A stretch of DNA of 64,000 bases from Carcharhinus longimanus (taxonomy: Eukaryota). The DNA is taken from positions 32,094,552 to 32,158,551 of the forward strand of contig JASCQW010000072.1 in the NCBI GenBank assembly GCA_030264375.1, in the 5' to 3' direction. Both the position numbers and the translations under genes were made by a program. The notes beneath the pieces were generated by a model. It saw nothing but the letters and a program-made list of their open reading frames with translations, was not told where the DNA came from and did no database searches. Shown piece by piece: positions 1 through 13,060 of the stretch; positions within the stretch are counted from its first letter, which is position 1, and every line of letters begins with the position of its first letter.

Positions 1-66
1 CTTGTGAGTTTACTATCAAATAAATCGGTTGGACTAAAACCTGGTGTTGTCAGACTTTTTACTGTG
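1..66 (+). mobile_element. Penelope pLTR tail fragment
   Basis: Near-identical to 18531-18593 and similar to 7609-7673. Confidence 0.75.
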
Positions 67-1493
67 TACAACAACTCCCAGAGACAATGGTCTTTCTGAA
101 TTTATGTAAATTGTCTTCCTCATGCACATCAGAATGCAGATCACTGGTATGCCAGAGACAACCCCACTGCTGAGAATAGGAAATGACCATATGTAGATAG
201 TCTCGAGTAAGATTGGTAAGACACTGAAATCCAATCGATTGGCTTGATTTGAAGGTCAAGGGACCAACGTTAGAAAGTGGTATAAAGCCAATGCCCACAA
301 GGATCTCATTTCTGCAGCAACTGAGGTTTGACTTGGTTAATCACGGGAAGTTGTGTGGAAGAATTTGTTCGGTACAGTGACTACCCAAGAAACAGCCAAC
401 CATATCAATACTGTTACACAAACAAGCCAGAGCACCGGGTCCGCTTGGACAACTAGCTCACCTGACCCCTAAAAGTTTCTCCATCATCTTTAAGTCAAGA
501 ACATGATAGAGTGTTCCAAACTCACCTGGGTGGGTATAGCCACAACAGCATTCCTGGGACAGAGCAGTCTACAGCTACATGCACAATTTACCAATACATT
601 ACAAAAACTTAAAGTTGCTCCAAACAAGAAGAACAAAAACAGCAATGCTGTGGGTGCACCATCACTGCCAGGTTGCACACAAATCTAAACTTAGATACAC
701 ATCATTCATCCTCACTGGGCAATAATCCCAGAATCCCTTGCCAACACCATCACCACAAGATCAGCTTTACAAGAAAGTCCACCACTACGTCAGAGCAATA
801 AAGGATGAATAATAAACGCAGCCTTGCCCACTTTCACAGTGACTTCATTGCAGTGTTAATGTAAGCTGACTTGTGACATAAATAAACTCTAAAAACTTCT
901 AAAGAATAAAGTTTAAAAGTCAGTAACTCCAGCTATAAAACCTCAGTGCTCTCTCTACAAAAACAAAAAAAAAATCCTGCCCTCTGACATGGATAACATT
1001 ATTTAGTCGTATAGCTGAGTCCCAGTGTTCCGACCTCCTCAATGAGTGGAAAAATATTCAAGTAATCAGCAATAATAACAACACATTTAATATGATGTGG
1101 AATAATTGCACCATGGGTTGCAGGAAATAGAAGTTCTGAATTTAAATATCTTCAGTAAAGCACAGCATTTTGGTAATATTATAGCATAGTGATCAGGCAA
1201 AGTAGATACAAATTCAATCTACTCACAAGTATGATATCCCTCAGGCCTCAATACAGAAATACAGACTTTAGACAGGTGGCACAGAATCAGTAAAAATGTC
1301 CAAACGACTTGCATAAGAAATGGACAAATATTTATTTGGGGAAATAGAATGTAGAAGGGAAGGAATTATTAGATCAGATGGGGACCAGTGATATCTTTAT
1401 TTAGATGTAATAAATGAAAGCAAGTGATATTTAACTATATCTAGGTAATAGTTATAGGCCATGTGCTTCAGATGCTGGATGACTTAGCATTAC

Positions 1494-1640
1494 CTTTGAG
1501 CAGAGGTTGGAAGGTAGGAATTTCGTGCAGTTTGATAACATCTGGATCATTCCACGTGGTTCGAGCAGGTTGCTGTGTTCCCGTAGCAACAACTATGATG
1601 TCATCCATTTTAGCTCTTTGCTTCGCTGGAGAATTTGTTG
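1494..1640 (-). CDS. BORCS5: BORCS5 (BLOC-1-related complex subunit 5, myrlysin) second coding exon; gene continues beyond window start
   Basis: Manual translation (A)[48 protein letters not shown](G) matches recalled human SPAKHRAKMDDIVVVAQG...[20 protein letters not shown]. Acceptor ttcttcag, donor G|gtaatg, 147 nt, phase 1-1. Confidence 0.95.
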
Positions 1641-1989
1641 CTGAAGAAGAAAAACAGAGTTACACACATCTTAACATAGTTGTTGATGGATACAAACATG
1701 CACAAAGACAAACTGTCCATGAAAATGAATACAGCAACATGTACCTTTTAAAGAAGCCACAAGCTCAATGAACACTGAAGCTACAGTCTGTTCACGGCAC
1801 AGAGATGATGACAATAAAAAGAGGAAAGGAAAAAGTGAAGAGCAGGAAGGTAAACAATTAAAAATAAGAGAGAGGAAAGGAAAAGGGGAAGAGAAAAAAA
1901 ACAAGTGATGAGACAGAAACAAAATGATGATTCTCCCAAAAATGTTCCAAGTGTTGAATTCATGGGAAAACTGATGTAAATCGCTTGAT

Positions 1990-2890
1990 TGCTGACCAGC
2001 CTGGAATCCTCCAAGTGCTGCCCTTCCACCCCACCACATGACCCCCCATCCATTTGTGGGCTAATCCCAAAACCAACCCTCCCTCCCAGAGCGCCCCGAT
2101 CTCCAGTCCTCACCACCACCCCCTCCCCCCCACCCAGCAGTGACAATCTCCTTCCTCCCCTCCCCCCCCACCACTGGCAGAACCCCCATCCNNNNNNNNN
2201 NNNNNNNNNNNNNNNNNNNNNNNNNNNNNNNNNNNNNNNNNNNNNNNNNNNNNNNNNNNNNNNNNNNNNNNNNNNNNNNNNNNNNNNNNNNGACCCCTCC
2301 CTCCTGGCAGAACACCCCTTCTTGCCTCCCCACGGGAGGCTGACTCCACCCCCCCCCAGAAAGCCGATCCCCATGTAGAGTGGCAGCGAGGCCCCCCCTA
2401 ACCCCATCGATCACCCTAGGCAGCATCCCCAGCAGGCCCGGCCCCAGTAGGCTCTGCTCCATGCCCCTGGACATGGGCACTTTGCCCCTTGGGCAATGCC
2501 ATGCACACAGGCTGGAACTGCCAGGGTGCCCATGCACCAACTCCCCCACCACCCAACCCCTTGAGTGATTCCAATTGCCCCCCTTTATACTAGCGAGGTC
2601 TCCTGCTACTTCTCCGAAAGTGGGGAGCTGGTCAGAACCTCAGTGGAGTGGAATACTCCTGGCGGGGTGGAAGGTGCTAGGGGGCCCGAAGTCTTCAGTC
2701 CTGGGCCTGCTAATCATATTTAAATAACATTAAAATAAGATTTAAATCACTTACCTGCTGTTCCCGCCAGTGCCGGATATCCGGCGCGACGAGATGCGCG
2801 CATGGCAGGAACGTATGTGTGAATTGGCCCACATGCTATTCTCACGCCGTGCTAAAAAATTAGTGCAGCGCGATGGGAAAACCACCCCCA
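1990..2890. mobile_element. GC-rich non-autonomous element, possibly a DNA transposon; related pieces at ~5271-6250, 10138-10366 and 45092-45606
   Basis: C-rich body with shared tgctaat...atttaaat and catattgaaataacgatttt motifs; 45092-45606 has imperfect terminal inverted ends GGGCTGGGATTC/GAATTCCTGCC. Family not assignable. Confidence 0.4.
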
Positions 2891-4372
2891 TAGAGAGAGA
2901 GAGGGGGGTGAAAGTGGATAAATAGAAACATATCCGGTCATGAGATGTGGGTGTCACTCATAAGGATCAGCATCTGTTCCCCATTCCCAATTGCTGACTG
3001 GCTGAGTTCAATTAAAAATCAACAGAGCGAGACTAGAGTCACATGTAGACCAGACCAGGTTAGGATGGCAGAATTCCTTCCCTAAAGGAACTTGTGAACA
3101 GATGGATTTTTTAAACAACAATCGATGATAGCTTTACAGCACCATTACTGGGAATGGCTTTCAATTCTAAATGTTATTAACTAATTGAATTAGAATTCCA
3201 CCAGCTGCCTTGCTCTCCGTGATGGTACCACTATAAACCATATAGTACCATATCTTAAATTAATCAACAAAAAGAGTGAATGGCAAGAGAAGGAAATAAG
3301 AGGGAGAGAGAGACAGGAACACTAAAGAAACAGATTCGGAAAGAATAACAAGTGCAAAAGAGATTGAAATGGAACAAGAGACACAGACAAGCAAAAAGAT
3401 ACAAAAAAGCAGAGAAAAAGCAAATCCAAGATTGTTACTACAAAATAGATATTACTTCATGTGGATACTGACATCGTTAAACATTTTTTGAAGTGGTGGG
3501 ATAACTGAGGAATAGTAAAGCTAATTTGACACAATCTACAAGCTCCACACTGACACGTTTTATATTTTGCATCAATTCAAATAAGTTCCTGTGCCGCATT
3601 TCACTTTTGTTTGCAATGGAATCAGACAAGGCAAAAACCTGTCCCACATACTGCTTCCAAAAATCATATTTCAGTTAATTCACCAATAATCTCACCTCCA
3701 GACAAAAATCATGTCACTTTCATTACAAATGGCCCATGTAATCAATTCAGTGGAGAAAGGAAAAGCCCCCCCACAGTTAACAGAATTGACAACTGAGTAG
3801 GCACAAAAGTAGTTATGTAGTACATTTTGATTGTCTTATTCATTTGGTTGGTCATCAAAAAACTCAAAAGCTTTACCATTCCGATCCTTCTGCCAACAGT
3901 AATTGATTCAAAGGAGCAATGATAACTTAGGGTGATTTTACCAAGAAGGTTTCCCTAGATCATGCTTTTACAATACCTTCATATAAAGAGAAAGCCAGCA
4001 TTTATAATATAGCATGCATACTATGATACCCAAAAACAAATTATACATGCCTTTCCATTGTATGTCTTGATTAGTGCAAATCATCAAACTCACCTACTGT
4101 GTTCTAATTCTTCTCAGTCACCAAAAAATGTTTCAAATCTCTGATCAACTATTTGTCAGCATCTGATTTAGTGCAGCTGGCTATTTAAAATCCAGCTTTT
4201 GTTCCTACATAATTTCTGCTTGCCTGCCTGAACTGAATACACATCCAAAATGGGTCTTTTTAAAGACTGTCAACTGCTTGTCTTGCAGTGAGTCTTCAGC
4301 TACAGAGCTAAAGGCAACAGCACTCAGAAGTAGACACCGTCAGTGGGGAATCTAAACCAAAACACATCTCAA

Positions 4373-4648
4373 AGATAAGATATAGGAACAGAATTAGGCC
4401 ATTTGGCCCATTGAGTCTGCTCCGCCATTCAATCATGGCTAATATGTTTTTCAACCCCATTTTTCTGCCTTTTCCCCCCATAATCTTTGATCCTCTTATC
4501 AACCAGGAATCTATCTATCTATCTCTGTCTTAAACACACTCAGTGAACATCTTCTCCACGTCTACTCTATCCAGGCTTTCAGTATTTTGTAAGTTTCAAT
4601 AAGATCCTCTCTGGTCCTTCTAAACTCCATCAAGTACAGACCCAGACA
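4373..4648 (-). mobile_element. CR1-type LINE 3' fragment
   Basis: ataagatataggaacagaattaggccatt... typical CR1 3' end; shares sequence with 29845-29958. Confidence 0.7.
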
Positions 4649-4993
4649 ATACAATCTGCTCCACTCAAGTTCTGGAACAGCTTGAATGACTATTCATTGG
4701 AAGTTCTGAAGTGGCACAATAGTTGATCAATCAGCTGTGCTACACCTGATGTAATGATCTTTTGGGTATTGAGCTCAAATTGGATCCTATTCACCAAATT
4801 GATTTTACTGTACTAACAATTCCTTTTTTTTAAATTAAAAGTTACCTTTGTGCTTGTGTACTCACAATATTGTAGAAGCTGAACTCTAGCTTTTTTTTAA
4901 ATACTAATCTGTTCATTGGTAGGGAACAGGACATCACCTGGGTTAGACTGAAATGAATGTCAATGATGACGCAGTGCTTTAACAGTTACTTAC

Positions 4994-5048
4994 CCGACAC
5001 ATGACATTCTGGTTGCTTATTATCGTACGTGCTCTGTTCAGCTCCCAT
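4994..5048 (-). CDS. BORCS5: BORCS5 first coding exon (exon spans 4994-5081 including 5'UTR)
   Basis: accATGG Kozak context; MGAEQSTYDNKQPECHVS has the MGxxxS N-myristoylation motif like human MGSEQS. Donor G|gtaagt is phase 1 and joins the 1640 exon in frame. Upstream acceptor ttgtgcag at 5082. Confidence 0.9.
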
Positions 5049-6255
5049 GGTATTGCAATGTGGTCCCAGAGTGCCTCAACCCTGCACAACCAAACAGAGT
5101 TACAAGAACAATTGTATTTGTACAGCACCTTTAACTTAACAAAACATCCTGTCCCAAAAGGCAGTTATGANNNNNNNNNNNNNNNNNNNNNNNNNNNNNN
5201 NNNNNNNNNNNNNNNNNNNNNNNNNNNNNNNNNNNNNNNNNNNNNNNNNNNNNNNNNNNNNNNNNNNNNNCTTCATCAAGCCAACCCCTGCCCCCCCCGC
5301 CAGCCTCACCTCAGGGGGCCCCCCGTTGAACTTTGGACCTTTGTTGCAGTGACTACATAAGTCTTCCAGCACACGCCTGTCCAGATAGACACTGGTGTGT
5401 GACACGAGGGAGATGGAGATCCCTGTACTCCCCAAGCCCAGGATCTGTACTGAATCAACTCAGTTACACAGGAGGATCCATGGGTCCAACAGTACAGTGC
5501 GGCCTGGAAAGACTAGCTCAGCATGGAGATGGAGGGCAGGAACTGGCCTGCCCTGGCAGAGTGGCGACCAGCACACCAGAAGCAGCATGCCTCTGTGGTA
5601 GAAAGTTTTGTTGCACTCATCTCCATACCTCTCGCTAACTGAAGATCTTTTGTGCATATCATTCTTTAGCAACTGGGCTTTGGACTGGTATAATTTCAAG
5701 TTGACATGGTGTAAGGTTGGATGGGAATCCGACAGGCAGCTGTCTAATGAGCATTCATGAGATGCCAACAAATGCAAATTCATGCATTCATGCCACCATT
5801 CATGCCATCAGCCAATGGGCAGACCAACCCAACATTAACCCGCCATTGGGAGAATTGCTATATGATTCTAAACCAGCGTGTTTCTGACCTTTTGGCTCCC
5901 ATTAAATTTTCAGCTCTTGCTCATCACGAAACTTCCTGAAGTTGGGATGGGAAACTTCTGCCCTATGAGAGGCTTGTATATTCCAGTGAAAGTCTCTTGC
6001 GGTGGGGAAAATTTGGAAAAGGAGCTTATTGTTGGCTGTAATAGGCTTCCCATAGCAGTCAGATGGATTGCTGTTGAATCCCCTTTATACTGCCTCTGGA
6101 AAAATGCTCAGAGCTGAATTATATTGGGGAGCCAATCCAACACACAATTTTCCAAATTTCCTCTTTCACCTCTCCCCACCTCTCCAAACAGCCACTTTTA
6201 CTGACCAGGGAGAATTGTAGCCCATTACAACACTCTGGCTGGCAAGCTGATAATG

Positions 6256-7673
6256 CAGTAAGAAGTCCCTACACCAGGTTAAAGACCAACAGGTTTATTT
6301 GGTAGCACAAGTCACTAGCTTTTGGAACGCTGCCCCTTCATCAGGTGAGAGGGAGGTCTGTTCACAAACAGGGCATATACAGACACAAACTCAACTTACA
6401 AAATAATGGTTGGAATGCGAGTCTTTACAGGTAATCGAGTCTTAAAAGTACAGACAATGTGAGTGGAGGGCCATGCATTGGCCAAAGAGATGTGTATTGT
6501 GTCCTTATGTTAAAGAAGCCATCCCTATGGACAAGCCCCCCATAGGGCTGCTTAGGTGAGGAGGACTGCAACAGGATCTGCTCAGATGAGGAGCTCCGCA
6601 ACAGACACCTCCAGACGCTGAAAGATGCCCTCATAAGGACTGGATATGGCACCCAATTCATCGATCGACAGTTCCAACGCACCACAGCGAAAAATCGCAC
6701 TGACCTCTTCAGAAGACAAACATGGGACATAGCTGACAGAGTACCTTCATTGTCCAGTACTTCCCTGGAGCAGAGAAGCCAGGACATTTTCTCCAGAGCC
6801 TTCAACATGTCATTAATGAAGACAAACATCTCGCCAAGGCCATCCCCACACCCCCACTTCTTGTCTTCAAACAACCGCACAGCCTCAAACAGACCATTGT
6901 CCGCAGCAAACTGCCCAGCCTTCAAGAGAACAGTAACCACAACACCCACAACCCTGCCGCAGCAACCTCTGAAAGATATGCCAGATCATTGACATGGATG
7001 CCATCATCTCATGTGAGAACACCATCCACCAGGTACACGGTACATACTTGTAACTCGGCCAACATTGTCTACCTGATACGCTGCAGGAAAGGATGTCCCC
7101 AGGCGTGGTATATTGGGGAGACCATGCAAATGCTATGGCAACGGATGAATGAACACTGCTTGACAATCACCAGGCAAGAGTGTTCTCTTCCTGTTGGGGA
7201 ACACTTCAGCGGTCTCGGGCATTCGGCCTCTGACCTTCAGTTAAGCATTCTCCAAGGTGGCCTTCACGACACACAACAATGCAGAGTTGCTGAGCAGAGA
7301 CTGATAGCCAAGTTCCACACACATGAGAATGGCCTCAACTGGGATCTTGGGTTCATGTCACACTATCTGTAACCCCCGCGACTTGTCTGGGCTCGCAAAA
7401 TCTCAATAACTGTCCTGGCTGGAGACAATACACATCTCTCTAACCTGTGCTTAACCCTCTCTCCACTCACATTGTCTGTACCTTTAAGACTTGATTATCT
7501 GTAAAGGTTTGCATTTCAACCATTATTTTGTAATGTGTTTCTGTTTTTATATGCCCTGTTTGTGAACAGAACTCCCACTCACCTGATGAAGGGGCAGTGC
7601 TCAGAAAGCTTGTGGCTTGTGCCACCAAATGAACCTGTTGGGCTTTAACCTGATGTTGTGAGACTTCTTACTG
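6256..7673 (+). mobile_element. Penelope-like retroelement, 5'-truncated, with GIY-YIG endonuclease and inverted pLTR
   Basis: ORF 6989-7372 ...TCNSANIVYLIRCRKGCPQAWYIGETMQMLWQRMNEH... (GIY-YIG). Upstream frameshifted C-terminal RT-linker remnant. 6256-6468 is the reverse complement of 7461-7673. Confidence 0.9.
7577..7616 (+). ncRNA. Minimal type I hammerhead ribozyme motif in Penelope pLTR (stem II partly decayed)
   Basis: tcac CTGATGA a GGGGC agt GCTCA GAAA gc TT gtgg. Confidence 0.65.
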
Positions 7674-9186
7674 TCCAAAGGCAGTTCACAGGATCATTAT
7701 AAAATGACACAAACATGCAAGGAGATATTAGGTCAGGTGACTAAAAACTTGGTCAAAAAGGGAAGTTTTAAGAAGTGCTGTCAATTGAACATTTTCTGCC
7801 CTTCACAGCTCCCTAACCACATAAAGAGCAAACTCATTTAAGCTTAGCCAGAGAAACTCACATCCCACGAAGGAATAAAGAAAGATTTGCGGTTTCCCCC
7901 ATGCTGCTCAGTACCCAGCCATTAGGAGGCAAATGTTGAATGTGTTCTTGTTTTGCCTCTGGAGGCACTGGTGTCTGCAGCACAACATTTGCAATCCCAG
8001 AGACAAATAAGCATCATAGTGCTCTGCATCCCAGCACTCTAGGGCTTCATCTGCATGACGCCATATCGAAAACGTTTTAATTGAAATCAAGCTGTGTATT
8101 CTACTGTACAAAGCACAACACAGGAATAGATTTGTAAGCTAAAGATCTTATGTTTTCCCTATGGTATGGTTGGAAATTAAGCATTAAATTTTATACAATT
8201 TTGAAAAGATACAGCAAAATAATTATCTAAAAAGTAAAGACATGCAGGGTTACAGGAGAATAATACTACGGGCATTGTACATTTGGAGAGCCAACACAGA
8301 CACAATGGGCTGAAAGGCTCCTCTATGCTATAACAACTGCGAAATGCAGAAAGGAACATTTGGTGCTATTTAATGGATTTGATTGAATTGGCAATTTGAA
8401 GAGAATGGGCATTATAACAGCATGACATTTGTCTGGTGACATCATGTTAGTCATTCACTTGACATGCACCTGCAAACTAGAACTGCTGCAGATGTTCTGA
8501 AATAATATCAGAGAGTTAAATATAAACTGTATTTTTTCCTCTACAGATATTGTCTAAACTGCGTATTTCCAGCATTTTTTGTTTAATTGCTGCAGAAAAT
8601 TATGTTTACATCATAGTTTACAGTTCAGGTATCCTGAATTCTCCTGTTCAAAGCAATCCTGCTTTGTTACAATTAGTCTATTTATGCAACTCTTTCAGCA
8701 TTGTTACTTTGTTTGTGTGATACGGAATATGCCCTAAAGACAACAGCCTGAAGTTTGCAATAAAAATAATAGTGAAACTTTTGCCACTAATGGGTAAACT
8801 GTAGAACAACTCTGTCTGCAGGTGGGTGGACATCAGTAAGTGGCTGGTAGGGAAATCCTGCTCCTCCACAAGTTCTAACAGTCCTCACTGATCAATTCAA
8901 CACTGAATTGTCTGCAATGGCTGAATGTGTAGAACTTTCTGCAAACTCTGCACTAAAAATGTCTTAATGTCTCTAGGGCTGGTACATTCAGAAGCAAATG
9001 AGTTTTTAAACTGTATGGTGAGAAATTTTGATTTTGGAAGTGTGAAGTCTCAATCATAACACAAATTTAATATTAGAGCTTTTCAAAATATATTTTATTT
9101 TTCTGTGTCTCTTATTTCTCTCTTTTAACCCCATCTGTGTTTATCATCTTTATTTTGTGTGCTCTGCAATATCTGAATTTAATAAG

Positions 9187-9392
9187 GGAGTCAGTTTAGC
9201 TGGACAGCTGGTTCATGATATGGAACAACACCAATGGCATTGGTTCAATTTCAGTACCAGCTGAAAGCCCTGTCTTCTAAACCTTGCCCCTCTCTTGAGG
9301 TGTGGTTAAATCACCACCAGTCAGACCTCTCTCCCTCTCTCTCAAAAAGGGGAAGAGCAGCCTATGGTCCTCAGGGATTTTGGCAACTTTTA
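9187..9392 (+). mobile_element. tRNA-derived SINE; second copy at ~38855-39045
   Basis: Both copies share aaccttgcccctc...tgaggtgtggt...ttaaatc and a tRNA-like head. Confidence 0.55.
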
Positions 9393-9667
9393 TTTAATTC
9401 TAATTTATAAGCTCCCCCCATCACCCAATTTTTAGTTTTGAATTAGTCTCAGCAATCTGACTGATGAGCCAAGCTGTTACTTATCCTACTCAGAGGTGCT
9501 ACAGGTCCCCTGTAGATGGTATCATGCTAAGCAGACACTGGATTAAAGGAACTCTTCTCTAAAGCCTGCAAAAACTCTGCAGGCAATGGTCACAAGAGGC
9601 AAATGATCAGAGCCACTCCTTTGTCACTGAACTCAAGATTCCTATGTCTGTGTTTGTCCAGTAAACA

Positions 9668-9743
9668 TGATGTGGATATGCCGGCGTTGGACTGGGGTAA
9701 ACACAGTAAAAAGTCTGACAACACCAGGTTTAAGCCCAACCGA
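9668..9743 (-). mobile_element. Penelope pLTR terminus running into a gap
   Basis: Reverse complement of the tail at 1-66 plus the ...ccggcatatccacatcat end. Confidence 0.7.
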
Positions 9744-10689
9744 NNNNNNNNNNNNNNNNNNNNNNNNNNNNNNNNNNNNNNNNNNNNNNNNNNNNNNNNN
9801 NNNNNNNNNNNNNNNNNNNNNNNNNNNNNNNNNNNNNNNNNNNNNNNNNNNNNNNNNNNNNNNNNNNNNNNNNNNNNNNNNNNNNNNNNNNNNNNNNNNN
9901 NNNNNNNNNNNNNNNNNNNNNNNNNNNNNNNNNNNNNNNNNNNNNNNNNNNNNNNNNNNNNNNNNNNNNNNNNNNNNNNNNNNNNNNNNNNNNNNNNNNN
10001 NNNNNNNNNNNNNNNNNNNNNNNNNNNNNNNNNNNNNNNNNNNNNNNNNNNNNNNNNNNNNNNNNNNNNNNNNNNNNNNNNNNNNNNNNNNNNNNNNNNN
10101 NNNNNNNNNNNNNNNNNNNNNNNNNNNNNNNNNNNNNGGGGGGGGGGGGGGGGGGGTGTCACTGGTCTCCGTGCTCCCTGGGGTGACCAGCTGCACTAGT
10201 GCAGACCAGTAGTGATTCACATCGCTGCAATATCTTGCCTGAGAAGTGCGAACTAAGCATACTGAACTTCCTAATGATAGTGAAATCCAATCAATGTCAT
10301 GCTAATAAGCTTGGCACTCTTTCAAGGCCAATCGCTGGGTGCAGCAAGGTGGTAAAAATCACACCCAACACATACACATTGATCTTAAAGCACTCACAAC
10401 CATTCTGCAACTGGAATTGTTAGTTCTGGACTGCTCAGTGCACATTTTCTGTAGTTTAATTTTTTTTTTAAATATGCTTAGAAAACACACTCTTGGGAGA
10501 GGAGGATGTCCTGTTTAGTAGTTACGACAATTTCAGGTTTGAATGCAGTTATTTGCAAACAAAAGTTAGCAATATTCATTATCCAACATAGTTTGTAATT
10601 TAACAATAGAAACAAAACAGAATTGTTTTTGACCTTACAGGCCCCAACATTTGTTAGAAAATATTTTGGTTTTCACTTGGCAGTTTTAA

Positions 10690-10962
10690 TGTTTATTTAT
10701 TAGTCACCCATAGGCTTACATTCACACTGCAATGAAAATCCTTTAGTTGGCACACTTTGGCAACTCGGGTACACTGAGGGAGAATTTAGCATAGTCAATG
10801 CACCTAACCAGCAAGTCTTCGGACTGAGGGAGGAAAGCAGATCTCCCGGAGGAAACCCACTCAGACACAGGGAGAACGTGCAAAATCTAAGACAGCGACC
10901 CAAGCCAGGAATTGAACCCGGTTCCCCGGCACTGTGAGGCAGCAGTGCTAACCGCTAGGCCG
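10690..10962 (-). mobile_element. HE1-like tRNA-derived SINE
   Basis: Reverse complement has A/B boxes ggttagcactgctgcctcacagtgccggggaaccgggttcaattcc and the V-domain-type core. Confidence 0.8.
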
Positions 10963-11899
10963 CTCCTGATACAAACTGGTTCAGGTTTCAGCACAAAGTG
11001 GACAGATTCTTACTGTCCCTGTACTGACTCCTGTTAAAAGAATGAATACAACCATATTGCAGTGAATTGTTTCACAGGAATATGTCCAGCTAAAATAACT
11101 GTTTCAAACAAAAGGCTGTGTACAATATAAACAATAATTTTTAGCACATTATACACAAATTGTTGCTAAGTTATCTTGACAAATACTTTTCAACAGTAAA
11201 GTATCCAATTCGTTACAACTCATCTAAACATCCTCTGAATAAGCAAACTAAAACAAAACCCAAATGATGTAGAGGGGTTCCGAGTGTGGAGATTTATTTT
11301 TGATCAGCCAAATGTTTTGACAGGTGTGAAAAATCCAATAGGAGTTTTAAGAATCTCTAAACCAAACTGCTGAGAAACTGACACCCAAATTTGGGATTTC
11401 TCCACAGGTACACACACTGTCTTGCAGGATTATCCGGAATTACGAAAGAAAAATTCCACAGCTCTCGCCTCCAAGCTTCAATAGTGACAGAGGTGGCTGG
11501 TCAGGCATTACCTGTGCCCTCCAGCATTGCATATGTCCCTAGCTCAGATATCAGTCTGTCATTAAGAGTTAATTTCATTCCTGAACAGCACTGGCATGCA
11601 CGTTTCCACTAATCCCCAAAACACATTGCTAAACTACTCCTTTGAGGATATTCACTAATAGGCCATTAGCAACTGACAAGCACAAGTTGGAACCCTTGCC
11701 AGCAGATATCAGGGGCTGCATCTCAAACAAAATTTACCATGAAATGTGCAAGGTCACAGAAGGCTCAGATGCAAAAGGGGAATTAGAAGTTACGTTGCTT
11801 TAAGTCAAACAAGACAACCCACCTAATATGGAGACAAGTGTTCATCAATTTGTATTATTACTCAAAGACAGGTTTTACTGACTGAACTGATTCTGTTGC

Positions 11900-12740
11900 T
11901 CTGTTATTCCAAGATGTTTCACAGAGGCATAATCAGAAAATAAATTGAACACAGAGCCAAAGGAGGGGTGGTCAGAGGCCTAGTCAAAGAGCTGGGTTTC
12001 AAGGAGACCGTGTAGGAGCGAGGAGAGTTGAAGATTCAGAAGAGATTAAGAGAGGAAGTTCAGGCACATATTAAAAGGCAGAACTGCTAATGGTGGGTCT
12101 GTGAGAGTGGTCTGCACTGAAGGTCAGAGGAGGTTACAGAAATAGGCTGGGGCACCATCAAGTATTTCAATTGGAGGTTTTGCTGGCGGGGCAGGGAGGG
12201 AGATTGGGAACCAACATGGATCTGCAAGGACAGGGGCAATAAGCAGATGTACAGTTGCATACCCAGAATGAAGTTTTGACAGAATGGTGGCAGATGGGAG
12301 GCCAGCCAGGAGAGTATTGGAATAATCAGTTTAAAGTGATGAAGGCAGTAGTCAGGGTTTCAGCTAATACAGTTGGTGTCAAAGGTGAAAGTAAATTGTT
12401 TTTGTGACGTAGAGCATGTGGGCATCGGAAGAATGTTGAAATTGTGAATAGGCTGGTTCAGCTTGAAACAGCCTGGGAGAGGCAACTATGGGGTTATACT
12501 GGAGGCTGGAGACGATCACTTCAGGCTTCCCAAAAGAGAAAACTGCAATCAAAGATTTAATATTAGACAAGCAGTCAGACAAATACAGTATTGGAGTCAA
12601 CAAAGATTGCAGATCACGTCACCAAAGGGCAGCACATAGATGAGGAATGGGAAGGGGGCAAGCAGCAGAAGAAAAGTCATTGTTGGAGACATTCTAGTTA
12701 CAACTGAATAGGTAATTGTGGAACTAAACAAGGACAATCC
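11900..12740 (-). mobile_element. Degenerate L2-type LINE
   Basis: L2-like 3' region (agtcaaagagctgggtttcaaggag) and gccagccaggagagtattggaataatc motif, also at 59380-59700. Smaller L2 pieces at ~5105-5166, 7674-7780, 15280-15470 and 19420-19580. Confidence 0.55.
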
Positions 12741-12756
12741 CTTAAAGCTGCGTCAG

Positions 12757-13060
12757 AAAAGCAGCCTGCATTATTAAAGACCACATAACCCTGGGCATAC
12801 TCTCTTCCACCTTCTTCTGTCAGGAAAAAGATACAAAAGTCTGCAGTCACGTACCAACCGACTTAAGATCAGCTTCTTCCCTGCTGCCATCAGACTTTTG
12901 AATGGACCTACCCCAAATTAAGTTAATCTTTCCCTGCATCCTAGCTATAACTGGGCCGCTGGATTCTGCATCTTACGTATGGTAAGCTTCGTCTGTATAA
13001 TGCGCAAGAAACAATACTTCTCGTTGTATACTAACACATGTGACAATAAATCAAATCAAA
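12757..13060 (+). mobile_element. Rex1/Babar LINE 3' fragment
   Basis: Collinear with 28040-28353 and 53300-53620; ends gacaataaatcaaatcaaa. Confidence 0.75.

Noticed and set aside
1463-1771. Plus-strand 102-aa ORF
   Set aside because: Antisense shadow of the BORCS5 exon at 1494-1640.
7908-8111. Cys-containing minus-strand ORF in the BORCS5 upstream intron
   Set aside because: No recognisable homology or convincing splice pair; at most an unverified UTR exon.
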